A stretch of DNA of 64,000 nt. It comes from Acidimicrobiia bacterium. Its GTDB lineage: Bacteria; Actinomycetota; Acidimicrobiia; Acidimicrobiales; JANYDT01. Below, one piece after another: positions 10,780 to 20,352 of the stretch; the stretch's first letter is position 1; every line of letters starts with the position of its first letter. The DNA lies in contig JANLRD010000276.1 in the NCBI GenBank assembly GCA_031368215.1, forward strand, positions 12,865 through 76,864, in the 5' to 3' direction. Under the pieces are notes generated by a model. The model was not told where the DNA came from. It did no database searches and was given only the letters and a program-made list of their open reading frames with translations. Made by a program: the position numbers and the translations under genes.

Positions 10780-11205
10780 TTACGTCGTTGAGTCCGCCGA
10801 CGGCCCGATCGCTCCGATGGCCACGAGATAGTTCAGCTCGCCGTCGAGCACCGCCTTCACGTGGGCGGGGTCGATGTCACGGCCGAGGGCCAGCATCCGC
10901 ATCACCAGCGCGTCGACGGAGTCCTCGTCGCCGACGACGACTGGTTTTCCGTCGGGTCCGAGCGAGGTGGCGACGCCACGCATGCCGAGATCGCTGAGAT
11001 GCCAGTCGACGATGTCGCGGACGTCTCCATAGGTGATCTGCGCGCGTACTTCATCGGGAAGGCGTGCTTCGATCCAAACAACGGCCTCGGTCAGGTCGAA
11101 GACCGGCTCGGGGGTGAGGTTGTCAAGTCGACGGGTTTCCCGTCCGATCATCACCGCCGCGGTGATGAAGACGAGGACGGCAGCGAGAACGGCATAGGGA
11201 ATCAT
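10780..11205 (-). CDS. hypothetical membrane-anchored protein
   Basis: 141-aa ORF with an N-terminal TM (IPYAVLAAVLVFITAAVMIG). It lies immediately downstream of ftsY on the same strand. Confidence 0.6.
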   Translation of the reverse strand: MIPYAVLAAVLVFITAAVMIGRETRRLDNLTPEPVFDLTEAVVWIEARLPDEVRAQITYGDVRDIVDWHLSDLGMRGVATSLGPDGKPVVVGDEDSVDALVMRMLALGRDIDPAHVKAVLDGELNYLVAIGAIGPSADSTT

Positions 11206-11222
11206 CGCAGGGCACAGATCGA

Positions 11223-12374
11223 TCAGGGCGTGAAGAGCGCATCGACGTAGTCGTCCGGGTCGAACGGCACGAGATCGTTGACGCCTTCACCGAGACCGAC
11301 GAGCTTGATCGGAATACCGAGCTCGGTCTGGATGGCGAAGGCGATGCCGCCCTTCGCCGTGCCGTCGAGCTTCGTCAACACCACACCGGTGATGTCGGCC
11401 ACATCGGCGAACTGCTTGGCCTGCACGAGGCCGTTCTGCCCGGTTGTGGCGTCGAGCACGAGAAGGACCTCGGTGACCTTCCCCGGTTCGCGATCGGCGA
11501 CGCGTCGGATCTTGCGGAGTTCCTCCATCAGGTTCGTCTTCGTCTGCAGACGTCCTGCGGTGTCGCCGAGGACGAGGTCGAAGCTGCGAGACGCGGCCTT
11601 CTCGACGGCGTCGAAGATGACCGAGCCGGGATCGCCGCCCTCCGCCCCGCGCACGAGGGTGGCGCCGGTGCGCTCGGCCCACATACCGAGCTGTTCGGCT
11701 GCCGCGGCGCGGAAGGTGTCACCGGCGGCGACGACGACGGATCGGCCCGCTTCGATCTGCTGCTTGGCGACCTTGCCGATGGTCGTGGTCTTGCCGACAC
11801 CGTTCACCCCGACAAAGAGCCACACGTTGGGCCGACCCGGCTCGAACCGCAAGCTGCGATCGGCCGACACGAGCTGTTTCTTCAGATCCGACTTGAGCGC
11901 CTCGATCAGCTGCTCCGACGTCGAGATCGACTCCGACTTCACCCGCCGCCGCAGATCGTCGAGCAGGGCCGTCGTGGTGCCGACACCGACGTCGGCGAGC
12001 AGCAGTGCTTCCTCGAGGTCGTCGAACGACGCCGCGTCGATCTTCGACCGTCCGAGAACGGAGCCGACCGCTCCCCCGAATGCCGACCGGGCCCGACTGA
12101 GCCGGTCACGGAAGCTCGGCTTCTCCGCGGGCTCCGGGGTGGCAGAGGCCGGCTCCTCCGGCGTGTCGATGACGTCGACAGGGAGCAGGTCGGCTACGGC
12201 ATCGACCGCGGCGTCGGGCCGGATCTCCGGCGGCACCGACCGGGGTCGGGGCGGCTCGACCGGACGGGGCGGCTCCGCTCGGAGCGCACCAGCGCGACGG
12301 GACCGCACGACGGCGACACCGACGACCGCGACCACCAGCACCGCGACAAAAAGACCGATCAGGAGCACTTCCAC
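11223..12374 (-). CDS. ftsY: signal recognition particle receptor FtsY
   Basis: SRP-GTPase motifs GVNGVGKTTTIGK, DTAGR and TKLDGTAKGG. An N-terminal TM and a Pro/Glu-rich region are present. The start is placed at GTG 12374 (VEVLLIGLFV...); the track ORF runs to 12530. Confidence 0.9.
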   Translation of the reverse strand: MEVLLIGLFVAVLVVAVVGVAVVRSRRAGALRAEPPRPVEPPRPRSVPPEIRPDAAVDAVADLLPVDVIDTPEEPASATPEPAEKPSFRDRLSRARSAFGGAVGSVLGRSKIDAASFDDLEEALLLADVGVGTTTALLDDLRRRVKSESISTSEQLIEALKSDLKKQLVSADRSLRFEPGRPNVWLFVGVNGVGKTTTIGKVAKQQIEAGRSVVVAAGDTFRAAAAEQLGMWAERTGATLVRGAEGGDPGSVIFDAVEKAASRSFDLVLGDTAGRLQTKTNLMEELRKIRRVADREPGKVTEVLLVLDATTGQNGLVQAKQFADVADITGVVLTKLDGTAKGGIAFAIQTELGIPIKLVGLGEGVNDLVPFDPDDYVDALFTP

Positions 12375-12540
12375 GGCCGACGAGCCTACGGGTCCTCTGG
12401 GAGCTTCCCCGCCGCCGCCCACACAACGAGGGGCTGGTTGGCGCCACGTTGTCCGCTTACGCGTATGGCGGGAACCCGACACTGCGGCGCCAACCGCCCA
12501 CACAAGCGGGGTTGCACCCATCCCCGGCACGCGCCGATAG

Positions 12541-13273
12541 CGTGGCCGATGTGAGCATCCCCACCCCCCACCTCGAAGCTTCCGCGGGCGAGATCGCCGA
12601 GATCGTCCTCTTGCCGGGCGATCCGCTGCGTGCCCAGTTCATCGCCGAGAACTTCCTCGACGGCGCCACCTGCTACAACCGGGTCCGCAACATGCTCGGC
12701 TTCACCGGCATGTACCAAGGGGTCCGGGTCAGTGTGCAGGGAACCGGCATCGGCATGCCTTCGATCTCCATCTACACGACCGAACTCATGCGGTTCTACG
12801 GCGTGAAGACGGCCATCCGCATCGGGTCATGCGGAGCAATTCTCCCGTCGGTGAAGTTGGGTGACGTGATCATTGCCCTAAGTGCGCATACGACGTCGAA
12901 CATGAACCGGCGCTACTTCCACGACATCGACTACGCCGCGACCGCGTCCTACGACCTCGTCCGTGCGGCGGCTGACACGGCAGCCGCTTCGGGGATTGCC
13001 CACCACGTCGGACCGATCCTCACCGGCGACGCGTTCTACGACGACGACATCACCACATTCGAGCTCCTCGGCAAGCACGGCACGCTCGCCGTGGAGATGG
13101 AGTGCGCGGCGCTCTACACGATCGCCGCACGCGAAGGGGCGCGGGCCCTCTGCATGGCGACAGTCAGCGATCATCTGCTCAACCACCAGGTCATGTCGAG
13201 CGAGGAACGTCAGACCGGACTGGTGTCGATGGTCCGCCTCGCGCTCGACACGGCAATCGCTCCCGCTCGCTGA
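12541..13273 (+). CDS. deoD: purine-nucleoside phosphorylase, DeoD type
   Basis: Collinear with E. coli DeoD (LPGDPLRAQFIAENFL, MLGFTGMYQG, GIGMPSISIY, RIGSCGA). The start is GTG 12541 or GTG 12550. Confidence 0.88.
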
Positions 13274-13292
13274 GCAGAGCAACCGGCCGGAC

Positions 13293-16200
13293 TCAGGCGC
13301 GCGCGCCCATCTTTTCGCTGACCACCTTCGACGAGCCGCCCGGCTGCATGGTGACCCCGTAGAGGCAGTCGGCGGCCTCCATGGTGCGCTTCTGGTGCGA
13401 CACCACGAGGAGCTGCGCTTCACCCCGGAACTCGTCGAGCAGCGCGATGAAGCGGTGGAGGTTGACGTCGTCGAGTGCCGCCTCGACTTCGTCGAGGAGG
13501 TAGAACGGCGACGGTCGTGACCGGAAGACTGCGAACAGGAATGCCATCGCCGTGAGCGAGCGCTCGCCGCCCGAGAGCAGCGAGAGTTTGCGGACGTTCT
13601 TCCCGCTCGGACGCGCTTCCACTTCGATGCCCGTCTCCAGAGGATTGTCGGGGTCAGTGAGCCGCAGCCGACCGTGGCCGCCGGGGAAGAGCGTTGCGAA
13701 CAGCTGCTCGAAGTTCGATTCGACATCGGCGTATGCCGCCGTGAACACCGTGACGATCTCGTCGTCGATCGCCTTGATCACCTTGACGAGATCGCGCCGG
13801 GTGGCCTTCACGTCGTCGAGCTGGCTCTCGATCAACGCATGGCGCTCCTGCAAAGCGTTGAACTCTTCGAGCGCAAGCGGGTTTATCGGGCCGAGGAGGC
13901 GAAGATCACGTTCGAGGTCGCGGACACGAGTCGTCGGGGACGTGGCGGTATCGGGCATAGGCGGGCACGGTGCCGCGACAGCGACATCGGGCTCGACATC
14001 GAACTCGCGGCGGATGGACGCGAGCAGCGTCTCGAGGCGCAGGCGGGTCTCTGCGTCGTCGATCTCGGAGCGCTGGATGCGCTCGCGCAGCTGTCCCAGC
14101 TCCTGCTCGGCGGCATGGCGTTCCTTGCGAAGAATGTCGAGTCTGCCCGAAGCGGCGCGAGCCGCTTCGTTCTGACGACGACGCGATTCGCGCAGGACCA
14201 CGATTCCGACCTCGAGTTGCTCGGCACGCTCCATCACAATGGCGTGCAACGACTCGGTGTGCTCGGCGAGGTGATCGAGCTCGCGGCGGCGGACTTCGGC
14301 CTTCTCACGCTCTTCGACGAGATGGGAAAGACGGGTCTCGATCTCGTCGAGCCGCGAGCCGAGCAGCCGGCGACGCTCTTCGATACCGGCTGCCTGCACC
14401 TCGAGTTCGCGGCGAAGCGCGGTGACCGCGGCAGTCCGCGCGTCGAGGCGCTGGGCAGCTTCCCGGCGCGCCGCCTGACGCGCGGCGATCTCGGCTTCGA
14501 CCGCGACGAGTGCAGGAAGCGAGGCTTCGAGGCGCGTCATGCGATCTTCGTCTGCCGCCAACCGCTCGGTGAGTTCGAGATGTTGCGACTCGAGGCTCTC
14601 CAGTTCGGCCGCGGCTTCGGCTCGATCGGCGATCAGTCGGGGCTCGGCGGTGCGCAGCGAGGCGAGCGTGGAAACGAGCCGCTGGTGTTCACCGAGACGC
14701 TCCTGCTCGACGCTCCGGGCCTCCGTGACCGCTTGACGCGCAGCCGCAAGCGCGGCGCGGGCCGCATCGAGCGCGGCCGCGGCCGCGGCCGCGTCGGCTG
14801 CCGCCGAAGCCGCTCTCGCCGACGCCTCCTCGCGTGCCGCTCCGGTCGCCCCGGAGGAGCCCGTTCCGGCGCGCCATCCGGCCACGCTGAAGCGATCGCC
14901 GGTGCGGGTCACGACCACGGCAGTCGGGTTGGCCAGCGCCACGTCGAGTGCTTCGGTCCAGGCACCGTCGACGACCACGGCCGACCGCAGCAATGCGTCG
15001 AGGAGCGGGCCGACGGCCGGATGCGAGGAACGCACGTGGGCTCGGACAGCAGAGCCACCGATGACCGAGGCCGGGCCGACCTCGGTTGTGTCGAGGACCG
15101 CACCGAGGGCGAGCACGGCCCCGGTCGTCTTGCCACCGTGGAGCCGGGCCAGCGCTGCACGGGCCGCGTCGGCATCGGCCACGACCACCGACGACACCGC
15201 TTCGCCGATGGCCGCCTCGAACGCCGACTCCCAGCCGGGATCGATCTCGACGAGATCGAGCAGGGTCCCGACGATCCCGTCGAGACCGGCGAGCCGTTTC
15301 GCGCCGGCTCGCGCACGGGCTTCGTCGAGCGCGGCGGTGAGGGCGTCGAGTCGGGCCTGCCACGCCCGCCGCTCGCCCTCGGCCTGACGCAGTGACTCCT
15401 CCGCTGCCATCGCCGAGACCTCGATGTCGGTCATCGCCGCTTCAGCCCCGACGCGGGCCGACGTGGCCGCGGCGACTGCAGGAGCGTCCCCGGGGGACTC
15501 TCCCCCGGCTTCGCCGACAGCGGCAACCAACGCCACCAGATCGGCCTGGAGCTTGGTGGTCTGCTCGTCGAGTCGGCCCACCCGGTCGCTCAGTACAACG
15601 TAACGGCCGTCAATTCGAGAACGTTCAGCGCGCGTACGATCTGCCGCTGACCGCGCACCGTTCAACTCGCCACGGACCTGCGCAGCAGTCGGACCTTCCC
15701 GGTCTCCGTCGTCGGTGTCGGCGCCCCACTGCTCCAGAAAGTCACTGCGTGCAGTCGAGAGCGCGACTTCCTGATCGTCGAGCTCGTCGAAGCGGGGAGG
15801 GAGGTCCGACGCAACGCGTTCGACCTCCTCGAGCTCAACAGTGACACGCGCCGCTTCCGACGACAACGTTTCCACCACGCCCTGGTCGAGGAAGGCGTTC
15901 CGGTCGCGCTCGATCGAACGACGGCGCTCCCCGAGGAAGGCCAGTTGGCCACGGGCCTTCTGGTAGAACGATTCGGCGCGAGTGAGCGCGTCGTTGATGT
16001 CCTCTCCTGCGAACGGGTCGTCGACGCCCTCGGTCCTAGCTCCCCCGCCTTGACCGAACACCGACAGTTCAGCCTCTGCCAAGGCAACGTCGGTGTCGAG
16101 CCGAGACAACGCCGCTCGCAAGGCCGCTTCCCTCGTGGCGAATTCGGACTTCTCCCGCGCCCCGGTCTCGGCGCGGACACGGAGCCCTGCGAACTCGCGT

Positions 16201-16892
16201 CCGGCGACGTGCAAACGGATCGCCGCGAGCTCATGGCCCATCTGCTCGTGACGACGCGCCGACTCCGCCTGACGCTCGAGCGGCCGAAGCGTGCGTCGGA
16301 TCTCACGCAGAACGTCGTTCAGACGTACGACGCTCGCCTCGGTCGCCTCGAGGCGACGCTGCGCCCGTTCGCGCCGTTTGCGGTACTTGAGGATGCCGGC
16401 CGCCTCCTCGATGACGGATCGACGATCCTCAGGCCGCGAATCGAGGATCGCGGCGAGCTGACCCTGGCTGACGATGACGTGCTGCTGGCGACCCACACCG
16501 GAATCGGAGAGCAGCTCCTGGATGTCGAGCAGCCGACACGGAACGTTGTTCAGGGCGTAGTCGCTCTCCCCGGTGCGGAACAGCGTGCGGGTGATCGTGA
16601 CCTCGGGGAGATCAACCGGGATCCGGCCGGAGTGGTTGTCGATGGTCAGCGTGACCTCGGCGCGGCCGAGCGCCGCCTTCTTCGAGGTGCCGGCGAAGAT
16701 GACGTCTTCCATCTTGTTCGACCGGATCGTGCGGGCGCCCTGAGCCCCGAGCACCCAGGCGACAGCGTCGACGATGTTCGATTTCCCGGACCCGTTCGGG
16801 CCGACGACGACCGTGAGCCCGGGTTCGAGCTCGATCTGCGTCGTTTCCGCGAAGGACTTGAAGCCCTTCAGAGTCAGGGATTTGAGGAACAT
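13293..16892 (-). CDS. smc: chromosome segregation protein SMC
   Basis: 1199 aa. N-terminal Walker A GPNGSGKSN, long coiled coils flanking a hinge, and C-terminal LSGGERSL plus LLDEVEAALD. Confidence 0.97.
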   Translation of the reverse strand: MFLKSLTLKGFKSFAETTQIELEPGLTVVVGPNGSGKSNIVDAVAWVLGAQGARTIRSNKMEDVIFAGTSKKAALGRAEVTLTIDNHSGRIPVDLPEVTITRTLFRTGESDYALNNVPCRLLDIQELLSDSGVGRQQHVIVSQGQLAAILDSRPEDRRSVIEEAAGILKYRKRRERAQRRLEATEASVVRLNDVLREIRRTLRPLERQAESARRHEQMGHELAAIRLHVAGREFAGLRVRAETGAREKSEFATREAALRAALSRLDTDVALAEAELSVFGQGGGARTEGVDDPFAGEDINDALTRAESFYQKARGQLAFLGERRRSIERDRNAFLDQGVVETLSSEAARVTVELEEVERVASDLPPRFDELDDQEVALSTARSDFLEQWGADTDDGDREGPTAAQVRGELNGARSAADRTRAERSRIDGRYVVLSDRVGRLDEQTTKLQADLVALVAAVGEAGGESPGDAPAVAAATSARVGAEAAMTDIEVSAMAAEESLRQAEGERRAWQARLDALTAALDEARARAGAKRLAGLDGIVGTLLDLVEIDPGWESAFEAAIGEAVSSVVVADADAARAALARLHGGKTTGAVLALGAVLDTTEVGPASVIGGSAVRAHVRSSHPAVGPLLDALLRSAVVVDGAWTEALDVALANPTAVVVTRTGDRFSVAGWRAGTGSSGATGAAREEASARAASAAADAAAAAAALDAARAALAAARQAVTEARSVEQERLGEHQRLVSTLASLRTAEPRLIADRAEAAAELESLESQHLELTERLAADEDRMTRLEASLPALVAVEAEIAARQAARREAAQRLDARTAAVTALRRELEVQAAGIEERRRLLGSRLDEIETRLSHLVEEREKAEVRRRELDHLAEHTESLHAIVMERAEQLEVGIVVLRESRRRQNEAARAASGRLDILRKERHAAEQELGQLRERIQRSEIDDAETRLRLETLLASIRREFDVEPDVAVAAPCPPMPDTATSPTTRVRDLERDLRLLGPINPLALEEFNALQERHALIESQLDDVKATRRDLVKVIKAIDDEIVTVFTAAYADVESNFEQLFATLFPGGHGRLRLTDPDNPLETGIEVEARPSGKNVRKLSLLSGGERSLTAMAFLFAVFRSRPSPFYLLDEVEAALDDVNLHRFIALLDEFRGEAQLLVVSHQKRTMEAADCLYGVTMQPGGSSKVVSEKMGARA

Positions 16893-16971
16893 TCAGCGGG
16901 AGAGCCTTCCACAGCCCAACATGTTGACCATCCTGGGGATGACGGCGATGGACCTGTGGAAAACAGTCCGT

Positions 16972-17086
16972 CGCACATCGACCCTCCCCTGCCGCACATC
17001 AACCGAAAACCCCAGTTGGAGAGCTGTTTCTGGCTGATCTGCGGCGGGAAAGGCCTGATGTGCGGAGTATTGGGCCCGATGTGCGG
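16972..17086. promoter_or_regulatory. four CGCACATC boxes (two direct, two inverted, 21-bp spacing within each pair) upstream of smc
   Basis: CGCACATCG at 16972, CCGCACATC at 16992, GATGTGCGG at 17057 and GATGTGCGG at 17078. All lie in the mutM-smc intergenic region. Confidence 0.4.
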
Positions 17087-17103
17087 CAGAAGGTCACGCT
17101 TCC

Positions 17104-17928
17104 TCAGCGCTGGCACTTCGGGCAGAACACCGCCGAGCGCCCGGCAACGATCACCCGACGCAAAACGGCGCCGCAGCGGGGACAACCCTGCCCGGCGCGG
17201 GCGTGCACGCGGTGGCCGGCCCCGTAGGCGCCCGGCTGTCCCCAGAGGTCGACGTACTGCCCGTCGCCCAGCGTCGATCCCCGGGCTTCGATGCCCTCGT
17301 GGAGCACTTCGAGCAGCGCGACCCGAAGGCGTTCGACGGCCGGGCGGGTAAGGGTCGTCGCGGATGTCGTCGGCCGCACACCGGCAAGAAAGCACGCCTC
17401 GTCGGCATAGATGCTCCCGACCCCGGCGAGCGTTGCCTGGTCGAGGAGCACACCCTTCACGGCGGACCGTCGGTGACGCAACGACTCGCGGAAACCCGGC
17501 GCATCTTCGAGGGCGACAAGGGCGTCGGGACCGAGGTGACCGAGCTCCGGGACATCGTCGGAGGTCACCCACATCTCGCCGAACGTCCGCGGGTCGATGA
17601 AGCGAAGCTCGCGTCCGTCGCCCAGGGAGAAGCGGATGTGCGTGTGCGCGGCGAGAGGAGCGTCAACGGATTCGACGAGGCGCATCTGTCCGCTCATCCG
17701 TAGGTGAACGACGAGGGTCTCACCCGACGATAGGTGCGCATACAGATACTTCCCGTGCCGGCCGAAGGCCGAGAACGAAACACCTTCGGTCTCATCGACG
17801 AACCGTTGCGGGTCGTCGTACCGACGGACCGACCGCAAGCGCCCGAGCGTGGTCGTCACGATGGTGGCGCCACGAACCGACCGTTCGAGATCACGTCGAA
17901 GCGTTTCGACTTCGGGAAGCTCAGGCAT
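17104..17928 (-). CDS. mutM: formamidopyrimidine-DNA glycosylase
   Basis: N-terminal MPELPEVE (catalytic Pro2/Glu3) and a C-terminal zinc finger CPRCG...CPKC. Confidence 0.95.
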   Translation of the reverse strand: MPELPEVETLRRDLERSVRGATIVTTTLGRLRSVRRYDDPQRFVDETEGVSFSAFGRHGKYLYAHLSSGETLVVHLRMSGQMRLVESVDAPLAAHTHIRFSLGDGRELRFIDPRTFGEMWVTSDDVPELGHLGPDALVALEDAPGFRESLRHRRSAVKGVLLDQATLAGVGSIYADEACFLAGVRPTTSATTLTRPAVERLRVALLEVLHEGIEARGSTLGDGQYVDLWGQPGAYGAGHRVHARAGQGCPRCGAVLRRVIVAGRSAVFCPKCQR

Positions 17929-17964
17929 CACATGCGGGGTTCGACGGCGGCGAGCGCCGAAGCC

Positions 17965-18672
17965 TCAGACCGTGGCCTCGCCGGACTCGAAGGCATGCCA
18001 GGCGACGCGTGCCGCGGCCTGCTCAGCCTGCTTCTTCGAGCGCCCCTCCCCGGTGCCCCGGAGAACACTGGCGACAAACACTTCGGCCACGAACGACTTG
18101 GCGTGATCCGGCCCATCACCCCGGACGCGATAGCTCGGCAACTGTTCGAAGCGTCGGGCGACGAGTTCCTGAAGCCGGGTCTTGTAGTCGCCTCCCCCCG
18201 GTCCCGAGGAATCATCGTGAATGCGATCGCCGAGGAGTCGAAGCACCAATTGCTCTGCCGGTTCCCAGCCGCCGTCGAGGTAGACCGCGCCCATCACCGC
18301 TTCGAGCGCGTCGGAGAGGATCGACGGCTTCGTCCGGCCACCAGTCGCATCCTCACCCTTCCCGAGCAGCAACCGGTCCCCCAGCCCCAGGTCATCCGCG
18401 ACTTCGGCGAGGCTTTGCGCGTTGACCACGGCCGCCCGCAGCTTGGCCAGGTCACCTTCAGGAAGGCCGGGATACCTACGGTAGATGTGGTTGGTGACCG
18501 CCAGCCCGAGCACAGCGTCGCCGAGGAACTCCAGACGCTCGTTGCTCTCCTCGCCGTTCTCCGCGCACCAGGAACGATGCGCCAGCGCCCGGCGCAGAAG
18601 AGTCTGGTCGGCGAAGTCATATCCCAGGTTGGCGGCGAACTCCTGTGGTGACGTCGGGCGGGTCTGGGTCAC
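17965..18672 (-). CDS. rnc: ribonuclease III
   Basis: Signature ERLEFLGDAVLG with a C-terminal dsRBD. The start is placed at GTG 18672, which leaves a 19-nt gap after the acpP stop. Confidence 0.92.
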   Translation of the reverse strand: MTQTRPTSPQEFAANLGYDFADQTLLRRALAHRSWCAENGEESNERLEFLGDAVLGLAVTNHIYRRYPGLPEGDLAKLRAAVVNAQSLAEVADDLGLGDRLLLGKGEDATGGRTKPSILSDALEAVMGAVYLDGGWEPAEQLVLRLLGDRIHDDSSGPGGGDYKTRLQELVARRFEQLPSYRVRGDGPDHAKSFVAEVFVASVLRGTGEGRSKKQAEQAAARVAWHAFESGEATV

Positions 18673-18691
18673 GAGGAGGGGCTGTCGTTTC

Positions 18692-18955
18692 TCAGAGCTT
18701 GGCGACGACGTAGTCCACTGCGTCGCGAACCGTCTTGAGGTCCTGGAGGTCCTCATCGTCGATGTGGAAGCCCGGCTTCGTGCGGCCGATTTCCTCTTCG
18801 AGCGCTTCGACCAACTCGATCAACGCCAGCGAGTCGGCGTCGAGGTCGTCGACGAACGACGCGCCTTCTGCAATCGCCGTGGGCTCGATTTCGAGGATGT
18901 CGGCGAGGCGATCACGGACGATGGTCAACACAGCAGGACGGTCGAGGGTACTCAC
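18692..18955 (-). CDS. acpP: acyl carrier protein
   Basis: 87 aa from GTG 18955 (VSTLDRPAVL...). The phosphopantetheine-site motif is DLDADSLALIELV. Confidence 0.9.
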   Translation of the reverse strand: MSTLDRPAVLTIVRDRLADILEIEPTAIAEGASFVDDLDADSLALIELVEALEEEIGRTKPGFHIDDEDLQDLKTVRDAVDYVVAKL

Positions 18956-19019
18956 GGCCGCACACGTTAGTTCGTGACGCGGATTCTCTCCGGACCTGAC
19001 GCCCGTTCGGGCGAGCGCT

Positions 19020-19187
19020 CTATGCCGGGCGGACCGCCGTGCGCAGCGCCTCGACCAACCCGCCATCGACTCTGCCTAGGCCGGCCGGACCGCCGTGCGC
19101 AGCGCCTCGACCAACCCGCCGTTGACTCTGCCTAGGCCGGGCGGACCGCCGTGCGCAGCGCCTCGACCAACCCGCCGTTGACCATGT
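19020..19187. repeat. three tandem 56-bp copies of the plsX 3' end including the stop codon
   Basis: Copies lie at 19132..19187 (the native gene end), 19076..19131 and 19020..19075. Each reads on the minus strand ..GGLVEALRTAVRPA-TAG. They differ from one another at only a few positions. Confidence 0.9.
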
Positions 19188-20124
19188 CGCGGGCCACCTT
19201 GCACGCATTGAGAACCGCCAGCGCGTTCGAGGAGCCGTGGCTGATGATGGCCACTCCGTCGACGCCGAGGAGCATGGCCCCGCCGTAGGTGTTGGGATCG
19301 AGCGCTTCGGTGAGCGGAAGCAGCGCTGGCAGGAGCACCTTGGCCGCCGCCTTGGTCTCGTCGTTGGCAAGGAAGGCCTCGAAGATCTTGCCGGCGAAGA
19401 ACTTCATTCCGCCTTCGAGGGTCTTCAGCACGACGTTGCCGGTGAATCCGTCGGTGACGACGACATCGACCTCGGTCGACATCACGTCTCGGCCTTCGAC
19501 ATTGCCGATGAAATTGACCGAGTCGCCCGCGGCCCCGGCGCGCAGCATGGCATTGGCTTCCTTGGCCAAGGGATTGCCCTTGCCATCTTCCTCGCCAATG
19601 GAAAGAAGACCGACCCGGGGACGCTCGATGCCATAGCGCTGGCGGGCATAGACCGACCCCATCTGGGCGAACTGCACCAGGAACTCCGCGGTGCACTCCG
19701 CGTTGGCACCGGCGTCGAGCAACACCGTGGGGGTCGAACCGATCACCGGGATCGGCGTCGCTATGGCCGGCCTTGCCACACCCTTGATGCGGCCCATGCG
19801 TAACAGGGCGCTGGCCATCGTGGCGCCGGTGTTACCGGCCGAGAGGAATGCGCTTGCCTTGCCGTCTCGGACGAGTTCGGCTGCACGTACGAGCGACGAG
19901 TCCTTCATTGTGCGTACGGACTTCGCCGGATCGTCGTCCATGGCGATCACCTGGGACGCCTCGAAAAGCGGGATGCCGTACGTGTCGCCGACCTCTGCCG
20001 AACGCCCGACAAGGATCACCGGGATGCCGGCCGCAACGGCTTGACGCGCCCCCTCGAGGATCATCGAAGGCGCGTTGTCACCGCCCATCACATCGAGGGC
20101 GACGGGGAGTTGGAGATCAGCCAT
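19132..20124 (-). CDS. plsX: phosphate acyltransferase PlsX
   Basis: 330 aa. N-terminal ALDVMGGDNAP and family-typical length. Confidence 0.95.
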   Translation of the reverse strand: MADLQLPVALDVMGGDNAPSMILEGARQAVAAGIPVILVGRSAEVGDTYGIPLFEASQVIAMDDDPAKSVRTMKDSSLVRAAELVRDGKASAFLSAGNTGATMASALLRMGRIKGVARPAIATPIPVIGSTPTVLLDAGANAECTAEFLVQFAQMGSVYARQRYGIERPRVGLLSIGEEDGKGNPLAKEANAMLRAGAAGDSVNFIGNVEGRDVMSTEVDVVVTDGFTGNVVLKTLEGGMKFFAGKIFEAFLANDETKAAAKVLLPALLPLTEALDPNTYGGAMLLGVDGVAIISHGSSNALAVLNACKVARDMVNGGLVEALRTAVRPA

Positions 20125-20166
20125 GGGTGCGCTCTGGAGACGAACGGACCTGAGGGGCGACAGAAA

Positions 20167-20346
20167 TCAGGCGACGTCGATGGCCTGGCGGCCCTTGTAC
20201 CAGCCGCAGTCCTTGCAGACCACATGCGGCAGCTTGGCCACTCCGCAGTTGGGGCAGTTGCTCCGGGCCGGGGCGGCGAGCTTCCAGTTCGCCGCGCGAC
20301 GCATGCGAACCTTGGATTGCGATTTGCGCTTCTTGGGGACGGCCAT
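20167..20346 (-). CDS. rpmF: 50S ribosomal protein L32
   Basis: Manual translation gives MAVPKKRKSQSKVRMRRAANWKLAAPARSNCPNCGVAKLPHVVCKDCGWYKGRQAIDVA (59 aa). This is below the ORF-track cutoff. AAGGAA lies 6 nt upstream of the ATG. It follows yceD, the usual synteny. Confidence 0.93.
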   Translation of the reverse strand: MAVPKKRKSQSKVRMRRAANWKLAAPARSNCPNCGVAKLPHVVCKDCGWYKGRQAIDVA

Positions 20347-20352
20347 GACGGG

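Noticed and set aside
19020-19187. Possible CRISPR array, suggested by regularly spaced repeats.
   Set aside because: The 56-bp units are directly adjacent with no unique spacers. They are copies of the plsX coding end, and no cas genes are present in the window.
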